A stretch of 64,000 nt of DNA. Origin: Rhynchobatus australiae. Taxonomy: Eukaryota. Each line of letters starts with the position of its first letter. The stretch's first letter is position 1. Below are positions 13,301 through 26,900 of the stretch, piece by piece. The stretch covers positions 38,853,424-38,917,423 of the forward strand of contig JAUZTB010000064.1 of NCBI GenBank assembly GCA_034780895.1, given 5' to 3'. The position numbers were made by a program, and so were the translations under genes. A model generated the notes under the pieces. It did not search any database, was not told where the DNA came from, and was given only the letters and a program-made list of their open reading frames with translations.

Positions 13301-16065
13301 AAAGTGTATTTTTCATTCAGAGGAAAGTTCTCAAGGTAACATTTTACAGCATTTAAAAAGCAAGCCTTTGACACCTTCCTCTAAGATGGCAAAAATTTTG
13401 CAGTCACCAAGGTAAGGTAAGTCCCTAGGTTCCTGGCCCCAAGCCCAGCCAGGCCTTCTGATCCCTGATTCTAGAACAAATCAGGCCCTAATCTGACATG
13501 AGATAGGTTGACATTATGGGGCATCAAGTTTTCATCTTGGATCTTCATCACAGCCTCTGTTGCTCCTGTTCAATACCTCCCTCTGGGCTTCTAAGTTCAT
13601 GTAGCTGCTGTGATAACATCATAAGCCACTGAGGATTTCAGGCCAAGCCCTCACAGCCTTTTTAGCTTTTAGAAACGGTTGCACACCATAACAATATCAC
13701 AAGATCAGCCAATTTTCTTTTTTTAACCATACAAGTTTGCCTGCAACTCAAAGTGACCCACATCCTAGACTGGTGGGAGGGACTGGAAAGACCAGAAAGG
13801 AAATTAGAAGAATGAAATGGTAGCGGGGATAGGGTCAAATGAATGATAGGAACGTGGAGGAAACCAGCTAAGCTGCATTCATTGGGTTAAATCAGACTTG
13901 AGTACTAAATGGAAAGACATTTGAAAGGTGATTACTTGCTGTATTTATCAGTTCTGTTTAGCTGTCACATCTCTGCAGGTCCTAGAGATCTAGTCAGCCA
14001 GGATAAAGTGTTAAATGGAGAGTAAAGCTGAGTCTGCTGACTTTTTAAATTTCGGTCTCCTGGAATGTGTTTATTGCCTTGTCCTCATGACCTTTCCAGG
14101 TTCCGTTAAAGTGAGTTAGCAAGAAAGTGTGGTTGGGGGAGGGGGGCGGTGGGGGCTGAGGGTGGAGTTCAAGTTCTTAACTTCTTTTTATCCATTAGAT
14201 CCAAAACCACATATTTTATGGGGAATTAAGTTCCATCCATCTGACATTTGCCCCCTGAATCAAGATCCACTCAACTTTTAAGTTAATGTGAAAGCTCAGT
14301 ACACTACCGAAAATATTCAGACAAGGCATCGCTCTGTCCTTCAGATGAGATATTGAACAGATGTCTGAAGAACTTAAACATAAAAAACTTCTATGGAACT
14401 ATTTAAAGAATGGCAGGGGTATTACTGTTCCACTACAACAATAATTGGTTAATTATTTCACCCCTCCTGGTGGGATCATTTGTGAAAATTGTCAGCCATG
14501 ATTATTTATTTATTTATGAAATCATTAATTCACTGTGAAATATTTTGGGACATCAAAAAAATAGTGCCACTTCTCCTAAAAAGTCTTATTAGTTTAGGAA
14601 GTCACCTGAACATAGTATCAAAATGGCATCAGAAAAAATTAAGCAAAAAATATTGTCACTTTAATTACTGATAGTAAGCTACTTACTTTTGGTTTTTGCA
14701 AGTTATAGGGTAAGAGTCATACAGACCCAGACAAACAGGACACCTTGTCTGCATTGGCCATCAAGTATCTATCTGAACCACTCCTGTAGCCTTCCATATC
14801 ATGTTTCAAGTACCTATCTAAATACTTCTTAAATGCTGTGAGAATACATGCCTCCACCACTACCTCAGGAAGTGCATTCCAGATTTCAACTATCCACTGG
14901 GTGAAAAAGATTCTAAATCTCCTACCCCTCACCTTAAACTTCTGGTTATATACCTCCTCTAGGGAGAGAAGCTTATCAAAACCTACCCTCACCTTAACAC
15001 ATGGGAGAAGGTTGTTTGGCTTATTTGAGTCTGTGCTCACACACAGAAAAATCTCATTCACACACAAATTTTCCCCATAATCTATTCAACTTTCATTCCC
15101 CTCAATTCTGTCACACTGGGGGCAATTTGCAGTGGCTAACTGACCTACCAACCCCCTAAGGTATGGAAGGAAATTGGAGCCCCAGGAGGAAACTCACTTA
15201 ATCACATCAAGAACATGCAAACACCAGGCAGACAATGACCAGAGAAGAGGATTGAACTAAGGTCTATGGCTCTCGTAACTTGTTATGAATTCTTCAGACA
15301 ACAAAACTGAACAAAATATGTTGCAGATCAGGAAACATTAGTGAAACGTATGAGGTTGGGATTATAAGTCATGACTGACTTTTTGTCAGTTTTTATGCTG
15401 CCAGATCTTTGAAGTATTCCTGTTATATTCTGTTAATATTTCAGACTTACAGCATCTGCAGTATTTTGCTTTCTAATTATAATAGTTTCTCTGAGAGCCT
15501 TGTACAAAACAAATCTCATTTGACAAAAATGCTGAGAACAGAGCAAGCAGAGGTTTAGACATTTAAGAATAATTCACTGTGGTAAAATGAAGATTGGGGC
15601 AGTATTATACAGTCATACAGCATGGAAACAGGCTATTTGGCCCACCATTTTCACACTGACCAGTGGGCACCTATTCGCATTAATCTCATCTTCCATCACT
15701 TGGACTGTAACCTTCTCTGCCTAGGCAATTCAAGTGCTCAACCAGACACTCCTTAAATGCTGTCAGTGACTCTGCTTCCACCACTCTTTCCCACAGTGTA
15801 TTCCAGGTACTCATTATTCTCTGGGTGTAGAAGGTCCCTCTCAGATCCCTTCTAAATTTCTGACCCTTTACCCTAAATCTACATCCTTTAGTTTTATTCA
15901 CCTCTGGTAAGGGGGTAAGCTTCTTGCAGTCTACCCTATCTATACTCACATTTTTATNNNNNNNNNNNNNNNNNNNNNNNNNNNNNNNNNNNNNNNNNNN
16001 NNNNNNNNNNNNNNNNNNNNNNNNNNNNNNNNNNNNNNNNNNNNNNNNNNNNNNNNNAAAAAGAC

Positions 16066-16129
<64 letters not shown>

Positions 16130-19100
16130 ACACACCTCAATCACTTCTCCTGTTAACCTCCTCCTCTCCAGGGAAAACAGACCTAACCTCTCCAGTCTCT
16201 CCTCATAACTGAAGCACCCCATCCCATCCAAAATCCTGGTGAATCCCCTCTGCACTCTTTCCAACATCATTCCTATAGTGTGGTGAACAGAACTGCATGC
16301 AGTACTCCAGCTGAGTTCTGACCAATGTTTTATAAAGATGGAGCATTATCTCCTTGCTCTTGTATTCAATGGCCCAATTAATGAAGACTATTATCCCATA
16401 TGTCTCTTTAACAATGTTATCTACCTGCACTGCCACCTTCAGGGATCTTTGGTCTTGCAGGCTAAGATCCCTCTGTTCCTCAATAGTCCCTAGGACCTTA
16501 CCATTCATGGTGTTTATCCTAGCCTCATTAGTACTCCAAAAGTGCATCGCCTCACATTTATCAGAATTAAACTTCATCTACTATTTCTCAGTCCATTTCA
16601 CCAACACATCAATATCATCCTGTAGCCCAAGACTACCCTCCATTCTGTCAACAACTCCCCCAATCTTCATGCCATCTGCGAATGCACTATATTGTGATAG
16701 AGTGTGAAGATGGTTGAAGCAAATATGGCTAGTGTTAATAGAGAACATGCCTAAAAATATATATTAACAGTGAGTCAGATTATGTTAGAAAACACATATT
16801 TTCCTTACAGGATTCTCATTTACTCCAAGTTAACATTAGATACGTTAAAACAAGATATTCTGCATTTTTAAAATTCCTAGGAAGGAAAACATTGGGCAAC
16901 ATCACATGGTTACGTTATACCTGCTGTGATGTTTAGATGATGATCTTCCTGATATGTACAGGATTCAGAGGGGTATTGACATGCTTGGTGGTGAGAAGCT
17001 GTTTCCTTTAGTTGCAGGGTCCAGATCTTAATGGGGGGGGAGGTTAAGGCAAGGAGAATTTCTAAATACAAACTGGCATTCTCAACTACAGAGCACCATG
17101 CTTGTTCGGTCATCAGGTGTATTTAAGGCTAAGATGTTTAGAGTTTTCAATACCAAGGGAAACAGTGGAAACATGGTGGGAAAATGGACAAGGTACAGAA
17201 TCAGCCATGAATCTTCTTGAACAATACAGAGGGCACAAGGCACCACATGGCCTATTCCTACTTCTATTTCCAATGCTATGTTCCCTTGTCCATATTAAAA
17301 GTAAAAAGAAATCATTGTTCCAATTTCTCCAATCCAGCAGTACTTCCCACCAACCCTGAATTACAAATTTCTGCAAACATGTCATTTGCAGACTTCCTTA
17401 CTGTGGACTTTTAACATCGGGGAGTGTTTAAACCATGGAATTTGATTAAGTGGTAAATACAATAGTAGAGTCTGGAGAGAGTTGAAGGGGACGTGGGAAT
17501 GAAAAAATGGGATTAGTACAGGATATGTAAATGGGTGGATGATGGTTGGCACAGACTTGGTGGGTGAAGGGCCTGTTCCATTCTTATGACTCTATGATCC
17601 AATGTTATCATTTATGCTTCTGTGATCTCATTTTGGCATAGGTGATCTTAGTTGTGGCTCATCTGCTCATGCTCTCATCCCTTGATCAGGTTGTTTGTTC
17701 AAGTCTCATTCCAGAGACTTGAAAGCTTCTCCATCTATTCATATGTTAATTTGTCAAATCTTGACCTACACTGTACTGCATTGGCAAATGGTTTAATCAC
17801 AAGATGAAATGCAGAAGAGACTTAAAAAGGGAGAAAAGGACTGAATAAATACAGCCTGAATACAGTGAAAATTGAACAGAGTCTAAATTGAGTCCTGATG
17901 AAAGGTTTTGACCCGAAAGATCAACTATTTATTTCCCTCCATAGATGCTGCCTGACTTGCCGAGTTCCTCCAGCATTTTGTGTGTGTTGCTCCAGATTCC
18001 AGCATCTGCAGAATCTCGTGTGTCTGAGTAAATAGATGTCAGTTTGTCTGATATTGGTAGTGGGCAAATTGTTGGAAAAAGTTCTGAGGGTAATGATGGA
18101 TAATCAACAGAGGTTTGTGAAAGGAAATCTGTGACTAACTTAATTGCATTTTTATAAATATAGCATGGAAATGTCTGTGAAGGTAGGGTATTTGATGTAG
18201 TATACATGGATATTATCAAGTAATCATAGATTGATCAAAACATTAATAGCTCATGGACCCAAGGAAAAGAGGCAAGTGAATTAAAAATCAGCTCAGTTGC
18301 AGAAAGCAAAGGGAATTTTGCTGATTGGAATGCCTTAGGGCTCATTACAAGGTACCTTGTTTTTCATGATACAAGCAATGTGAATTTAAATGTAGGGGTC
18401 ATAATTAAGCAGCTTATTGATACTAGTATATTATATTGGTGGTTGATAGTGAGAAGGTTTAGGCTAAGGGCCTCATGAAAGTGATTAAAAGTGAAGTAAA
18501 TATTTTTTAAAAAGTACATAAATAAATATTGAAGAAAAAACACTTTCCTGATCCATTATATAGACTGAGGATTCTCATTCAAATAAATGGAGCCTCAGAT
18601 CTTGCACCAGGTCTGACCTAATAGCCTAGCCTAGTAGAACAACACTGGACTTCATATGAGCTGCAGTGATATAGTGTGGAGCCAGATCCCACCCCATCTG
18701 TTAAAAAGCAAGTTGTAGACTCACAGCAGATCTGTTTAAGTCTCAGAGTTAAACATATTGTTAAACAGCAAGATTTTCCCAGCCATCTGCCTCCTGCCCA
18801 CTAGGTACCTTTCAATCAGTATCACCGAAAAAAAATTTCATCTCATTGTTGTGTGCTGCAGACAAATTAACAGTTGATACAGTACTTTAAATGTTCATTA
18901 GTTTAAAAGTCCTTTGGGATATCGTGAAGGGGATATCAAAGGCCCTCTTGCTGACCTAGGGTACTGACACTGAGATCTTACGCCAGGTCAGACTAAGCCC
19001 TTAGGGAGGAGGTTTAGCAGAGAGAGGTTAAAACATGGTATCCCCCTCTTTCTCCTTTGAAATCTTGAATATATATTCTCTTGGGTCTCAACTTCTCCAT

Positions 19101-20965
19101 CACTACTCTTAAAACCATTACAAGCTGATCAAAGAGCAGTTCCATAACATGCAGATTAGTAAAGCAAGACAGTGAATGTATTGCCATTTCAGGAAGTTTT
19201 ACTTTATTGGGAAGTGAAGTTGGTGGTGAAGGGGCATTAGGAACTCTAACAAGACTCTTGGTGCTTGGACTAAAATGTATCCGTTCATTTTGAAAAAAAA
19301 ATTAATAAATCTGCTGTCCATTTCACATTCATTTTTTGGCAAAGTATAGTAACTGCCTAACTTGAAGGTTTCACACACTTGCATCTTCTAAAATAGTTCT
19401 GACGTATGTATCATAAGACCAAGAAATGACAAATATTTAAACATCACAAACATACCAAGTTTTAAAGTAAACAGTCTGTATTAATGCAACTGCGTTTTTG
19501 GTTAAAGTCCACAGGCGAATGGTTCTATCCAGGGCACTTGTGGCTAGCAAACCCTTTGCAACTGACCAGGAAGAACTTGTAACCTGTGATTGGAATCAAA
19601 ATAACCAGAGATTATAACCTTTTCAGCATTCCACAAACAAAATCATTACTACACTAAGCTACACAAATAATGTTCTGCTCTGCCATATTTTCTCACGTAT
19701 GAATTGTCAGCTTATTTAGCATTAATAATGCAACAGCCTAACTTACATGTTTATTTGAAGCAAAACACATTAAGCAGCATTCAGTATGAAATGAATAACT
19801 GTTATTTGATTTCTATATAAAACTACAATCAATGGAAATTTTGAGGCAAAATACTGAGAAATATCTACTTAAGATCTTACATTTTGGAAATTTCCAGTCT
19901 GTATCANNNNNNNNNNNNNNNNNNNNNNNNNNNNNNNNNNNNNNNNNNNNNNNNNNNNNNNNNNNNNNNNNNNNNNNNNNNNNNNNNNNNNNNNNNNNNN
20001 NNNNNNNNNNNNNNNNNNNNNNNNNNNNNNNNNNNNNNNNNNNNNNNNNNNNNNNNNNNNNNNNNNNNNNNNNNNNNNNNNNNNNNNNNNNNNNNNNNNN
20101 NNNNNNNNNNNNNNNNNNNNNNNNNNNNNNNNNNNNNNNNNNNNNNNNTTAAGATCTTACATTTTGGAAATTTCCAGTCTGTATAATTTAATTTCCTAAT
20201 GTTATAACTGGATGCCAACTTTTCCTAAAATATAAATTATTATATCCGCAATGTTTCGAGTTTCAGCTATATAAACTTGCTGCATTAAATGTACACATGA
20301 ACAGAAACTTGGATATATACAGCACCTCTCATCCAAAACTGTTCTACAGCCAATGAAGTATGTCTAAATTGTGATAACTTGTAGGAAAAATGGTAGTCTA
20401 GGAAAACAAATAAAAGTGCAAATGCTGGAATCTGTAATGAAAACAGAAAATATTGGAAGAAATCAGCCAGTCAAGCAGCATCTGTGGAAGGAGTAACCAG
20501 CTAAAATTTCAGGTCAGGAACTCTTCCTCAGAAAATGGTAGTCAGCTTAAGTAGAACAAGCTCTCGCAAACAGAAATGCCATAAGACCACAGAACCTGTT
20601 TTTGTGATGCTGACTGAGGGACAACTATTGGCAGTTCACCGGGGATAACTCTCCTACTCTTCACAGAGATAATGCTGTGGGATCTTTAAATGTGCACCTG
20701 AGGGGGCTGATGGGGCCATAGTTTGATGTCTTCATTAAGAGACCGATATCAGACTTGAGTAGAGTACCAGTCTCAATTATTATGTGCAAATCTCTAATGC
20801 AAAACCTGAACCCACAATCTACTGATTTCTGAGGTGAGTATTCTACATATTAGGCCATGTCTGACAAAGGAAGACAGGCTGTTTGGTGGCATTTAATTGC
20901 AATCTGTAACTATCTTTTCAGTTTTATCCTAACTGTTTAAACTAAAGATGAATCTAGATTTTGCT

Positions 20966-20998
<33 letters not shown>

Positions 20999-23900
20999 AA
21001 AGAGAGAGAGACTGATCTATTTTTGTTTATTCTACTCTCATAATTTGAAACCATCTACTCATCATTAATAATTCCCTCACAATGAAATGCAAACAAATTT
21101 CTTTTCATTGACCACTGCGGCTTATCATTTTGTATTGTTGGTCCTTTGTTACTGTAACTGCAGCTGACCAGCCACTCACACTTCAAAATCTTGATTCACT
21201 GGTCAAAACTTAGATTTTGAGATACAGATTTATGATCAGGGCAAAACTGTGGTGGGAAGTGAGTATTTTTCTCATTTTAGCACACAATGCAGTAGACACT
21301 TTTAAGTTATCTTAAGTACTTTATACACTATTCCTCAGCATTCATAGAAAGCTACTATTTCATAAATTGAATTATTAATTTTATCTTTGATTTTTATGAC
21401 CTAAAAGTATGACAAATAAAAACTTCAAATTCAGGTACTCAATGTGAAAATAGTTTTCCAATTTTCTGTACTATCCTGCAGTCCTTAACATTTATGCTAT
21501 TTAGCATTTTAATTTAACAGTATCATAATGTAAATCTGGAATAGAAATCACATTAAAATATTCAAAAATGGAAGTGTACCCGGTTCTCATGTGCTTCCAG
21601 CTTAACAGTGGGGCATTTCCGAAGATCCCCTGCCAAATCTGCGTAAGTCTGAGGTCTAAGCTGGTTGTTCCTTTCTGATGTAGATAAGACCTGTACAAGA
21701 TGCTGTGCGGCCCACTGACGATGTCCAGAACTCAGTCTCCCAGACAGGCAGCAAGCTGCAAGTGCATTGGCTAGCTCCAAGGGTCCAACATGCGATGATG
21801 AGTAAGAAANNNNNNNNNNNNNNNNNNNNNNNNNNNNNNNNNNNNNNNNNNNNNNNNNNNNNNNNNNNNNNNNNNNNNNNNNNNNNNNNNNNNNNNNNNN
21901 NNNNNNNNNGATGATGAGTAAGAAAATGCAGATGAAGTATGTGGGGCATCTAGAAAAGATAAGAATTATTTTCAACGTAGAATCATTGAATAAAATCTCA
22001 AAATTGTTCAATCAAGGAAGGAGCTCACTGAGTCACAGAGCAATGGAAACAGGCCCTTAGGCCCAACTTATCCATGCTGACCAAGTTGTCTCCCTAAACT
22101 AGTCCTATTTGCCTGTGTTTGCCCCATAATCCTCTAAACTAGTTGATTCTGGTTCAAAAGAGCAACTTATTCAGTCTTATAGAAAATCCTTATTGATTTT
22201 GTTTCCACCATCCTCACAGGCAGAGATCCATACCATCAGCACAGATGTACATTATCTTCTTTGTCCTTAGTTGGCCCCAGTCCTCTTTTGCTACCCTTCT
22301 ACTTTTTGCATGACTATGAAAGACTTTTGGGTTCTTCATGGAAACTGTCATTTTATTTTCATATCGTCTTTTTGCCCATCTTCTTTTCCTTTACTTCTCC
22401 CCTGTCAACTTATTATATGTATTCAGCCTGTATCTGAATTGAATTAATCAACTGACACAAAACCAAAAATGTGTGAAGTAAGAAGCTATTTCCTTTCTCA
22501 TCCAGAAAGCTCTGGCTTTGGTTCCCCTATCTTTCAAATTCACTTATGGGAACGTGCCGAGCAGATCTTCACTTTTAAGGTATGATATTACCAATCTTAG
22601 CTTCCAGTTTACACTGGCCAGATCACTGTTCATTTCATCGAAGGCAACCCTCCTCTATTTAAAAGGCTCTGTTTTAGATTGCTCCCTGCTTTTCTCTATA
22701 GCCATTCTAAAACTTATGACACAATCATATTTCTCCATATTTTTCCCCACACTAGCCCATTCTAATTCCTCAGAATAAAGTCCACCAATTCCTCCTTCCT
22801 CAGTTTCCTGAAAAAATCCTGATCAAGGATTGTGCACACTTTTCTGAAATTCCTCCCCTCAACTACATTATCTCAATCAATATTGTGGTGATTGAAGTTC
22901 CCTAATATCTACAGTTTTTACATGTTTCTGTAACTCCACTACAAATTTGCTCCGTGATCATCCTCTCACTTTTTGGTTCCCTGTAGAGTATCTGAGTAGT
23001 GTGAAAACACCCATCGTGCACCTTAACTTTAACGATATGGATTCTGTCCTTTAATGTTTCTCTGTATCTCAGTTCATGAATTCTTCACCATCTTTCTTAA
23101 CAGTGGATGCTAAATGGATCAACATCCATTTAGCATCCTTATTAACAATTTCATTAAGGCATCTTACTTAATTTACTGAACCGAATATATTTTACTCATT
23201 TCTGATTACATCTAAAAGGTTTAAAGCACACAATTATTGGAACAATTGAGTGAAGTTGATGCTCTTCACTCTTTTTTGTTTACATTTATGGTTTTGCAGT
23301 CACCTTTGGGAATGAATATGTAGCAATATAGATCTCATACATCCATGCCTTGTGTCTAGATACCTATCTATATCATTCTTAAATATATTCAGTGACTTTG
23401 CCACCACTGTCTTCTGTGGCAGAGAATTCCATAGGTTCACCATCCTCAGCCTTAAAAAAAATTCCTCTTATGTCAGTCCTAATCATCTTACTCCGTATCT
23501 TGAGACTGTGACCCTCTTGTTCTTGATTCACCAGCCAGGAGAAACATCTTCTCTGCATCCAGTCTGTCTAATTCCTGTTAGAAATTTGGATGCTTCAATG
23601 GGATCTTCTCTTACTCTTCTAAACGCTAGTGAATATAGGTCTATTTTATCAATTGCTCCTCACATGATAGTCCTACCATCCCAGAAATCAGTCCGGTGAA
23701 TCTTCACTGCAGTCCCTCCGTCGCAAGTGAATCCTTTCTTAGGAGAGGAGACTAAAACTGTGCACCATTCTCCAGGAGTGGTCTCACTAGGGCCCTGTAT
23801 AAATGTAGTCAGGTATTCTTGTTCCTGTACTCAAAACGTCTTGCAATGAAGCCAACCTACTATATTTCTTTGAAATTGAGTGCTTCCATGATTGAAAACA

Positions 23901-26900
23901 TACTATATTGCTTAATTGTCAGATATTGCTTTCAGTACTTTGGATATTAACCTGGAAAAATATGGCTCGGATCATTTAGAAAGCATATCATTTTATAGAA
24001 CCTGGTATCAAGTCATTAAAAGTGCAGAATGCTATTAAAAATGTTCACTTCCAGTTACTTCACATATTAGAAAATGAGCTCTGACATGTAACATTCCCTA
24101 CCCTTAGATTCTGCTTCCTCCTTGTCACGACTGGATTGATGTCGAAAACCTCTCTCTGTAAGCAATGCTACTAGGGCTTGGGTTACCAGGAAGTTGGGAG
24201 AGCCAGAAAGTTTGTTGTCTTTTGCTGGTCTATGGAAAAGCTGAAGCACCCTGTTCTTTTGCTGCACATCACGAATTGCACCTATATGTAGGCCTGTTGC
24301 AGCAGCAATTAAATCCTTGGGGAAAGAAAGAATTAGAATAGAGATGTTTAAATTTGTTTTTTACTATGAGGCAACACAAACTTTCACAGAATTTAAACAC
24401 TGTTACTTGAGAAGATACTTTTAAGTACGTTGCTTATTACCATAACCAAGCCTCGGGTAGTTTATGGAAGTCATACATTCCAGCTCCAAACATTGCTACA
24501 TGAGTTGAAATGGATATTGATAGGCTAGCAAAGTGGGTGAGAAGTTGGCAGATGGAGTATAAAGTGGGAAAATGTGAAGTAATCTACTTTGGAAGGAAGA
24601 ATGATAAAGTAAGTTATTACTCCAATGAAGTGAGACTACAACATATTCTGGTACAATGAGACCTACAGGCCCTAATAAACATAACACAGTATCAGTAGAC
24701 AAAGCAGGTAATTAAGGTAGGTAATTATTAAGCAGGTAATAAGGAATGATGTCCTTTATTACAAAGGGTATGGTGTATCAAAGTAGGGAAGTTTTGATGC
24801 AGCTTTACAGAGTGCAGGTGAGACAATATCTGCAACACTGTGCAGAATTTTGATCTTCATATTTATTAAAGATGAGCTTGTATTGGAGGCAGTGCAGAGA
24901 AGATTCATTGGATTATTTCCTGGGGTGAAGTGTGAAAAAGGGTTGAGCAGGCTGGATTTTACTAAAATATACAAGATTCTGAGGGGTGCTGACAGGGTGG
25001 ACACAGAGAGGATATTTCCCCTAGTGGGGGTATCTAGAACCGGGGGCAGAGCTTTAGGGTAAGGCATCATCTATTTCAAATGGAGAGGAGGAGGAATTTC
25101 TTCTCTCCAACAGGGTCATATATCTTTGAAATTCTCTATCCTAGAGAGCCATGGGGGTGGAGTCATCAAATAAATTCAAGGTAGAGATTGACAGGCATTT
25201 AAATTGAGTCAATGGGTATGGGTAGACAGCAGGAAAGTACTATATTCAAAATCATAGAGTTACACAGCACGGAAAAAGGCCTTTCAGCCCAGGCACCCAT
25301 TTATACCAGTTCCATTTTTTATTCTCTGCACATTTCCATCCACTTCATCCAGATTCTACTGCACACCTACAGACTACGAGCAAATTCCATGCAGACAGCA
25401 CTGGAAGCAGGATTGAACCTGGTTTGCTGAGCTGTGAGGCAGCAGCTCTACCAGCTGTACCATTATGCTCCCCAGGACTGGATTAGCCTAGAAGATTAGC
25501 CATGATCTTGTGTAGACTCATGGGATGGACCAGTCTACTCTTGCTCTAGTTAACAATGNNNNNNNNNNNNNNNNNNNNNNNNNNNNNNNNNNNNNNNNNN
25601 NNNNNNNNNNNNNNNNNNNNNNNNNNNNNNNNNNNNNNNNNNNNNNNNNNNNNNNNNNACTCTTGCTCTAGTTAAGAATGTTCTTAGTTCCTCAGTCTAT
25701 GACCTAGGACTTACCATTTTCAGCTGCTACATCAATGAATTCCCTTCTCTCAAAAGGTCAGAAGTAGCAATGTTTCACAGATGAATGCACAATGTTCAAT
25801 TACAATCACAATTCCTCAACTAGTAAACCATTCCATGCCTACAAGCAGCAAGGCCTGCATAACATTTAGGAATGGGCTGTTAATTGGCAAGTANNNNNNN
25901 NNNCATGCCACAAAATTGCTAGGCGAAGAGCATCTCCAATAAGAGAATGTCTAACCACTTAGCTTGATATTCAATGACATTACCATTGCTGAGTCTTCCA
26001 TCATCATTCTGTGGGTGCCACTTACCAGAAACTCAGCTGGACCAGCCATATAGCTATGGTGGCCAGAGATCTGGTCAGAGGCTGGGTATCCTGTGGAAAG
26101 TAACTCACATTTGTCAACCCAAAGCCTTTCCGCCATTTTCAGGGAACAAATCAGGAGTGTGATGGAAAACCCTCCACATCCCTGCACGAGTGCAGTTCTA
26201 ACAATTATTCAGAATCTTGATACTATCCAGGACAAAACAACTTGCTTGAACTGTACCCCACCAATGATCCCAAATGTTCATTCCTTCCATGACCAGTGTA
26301 CAGTGAGTATGATCTACAAATGCAATGCAGTTACTTGCTAGACTACTCCAGCAGCACTTTCCAAACCTGCAAACTCTAACACCAAGAAAGAAATGAGCAG
26401 TAGGTGCAAGGGAACACTGCCAGCTGTAGATTGAAACCCCCAATGTGCACATCATCCTGATATGGAAATATACTGTCCATCCTTCAACAGGAGTGTCAGG
26501 AGGATAGTTACTTGCCACAGGACACCCAGCCTCTGATGGGCTCTTCTAGCCACAGCATTAATGTGGTTGGTCCAATAGAGTTTCTGGTCAGGGGTGACCC
26601 CTAGGATGTTGCCGGGTCTAAATCCTACCTTCACCAGAAAAACTACAATGAATCTAAAAGATTGTTTACCACCAAGTTCTCAAAGACAGTTCGGGATGGG
26701 TAATACATGCTGGCCTTACCAGCAATGGTCACGTCCTGAAAAATGAATTAAATAATGCCTCCAAAATTCAGAGAATATCAGGTATAAATCTGGATAAAGT
26801 ATATTAGAAGAACTGCAGCACTAGCTATTAAAGAACACATCTACAAATATAGCACTGTCACAAATAATTTCAAGTTGATAAAGTGACTTAATATGATTAA

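Noticed and set aside
19868-20185. Direct repeats flanking N gaps, superficially like TSDs or repeat-spacer arrays
   Set aside because: Contig-end overlaps; eukaryotic DNA with no CRISPR array.
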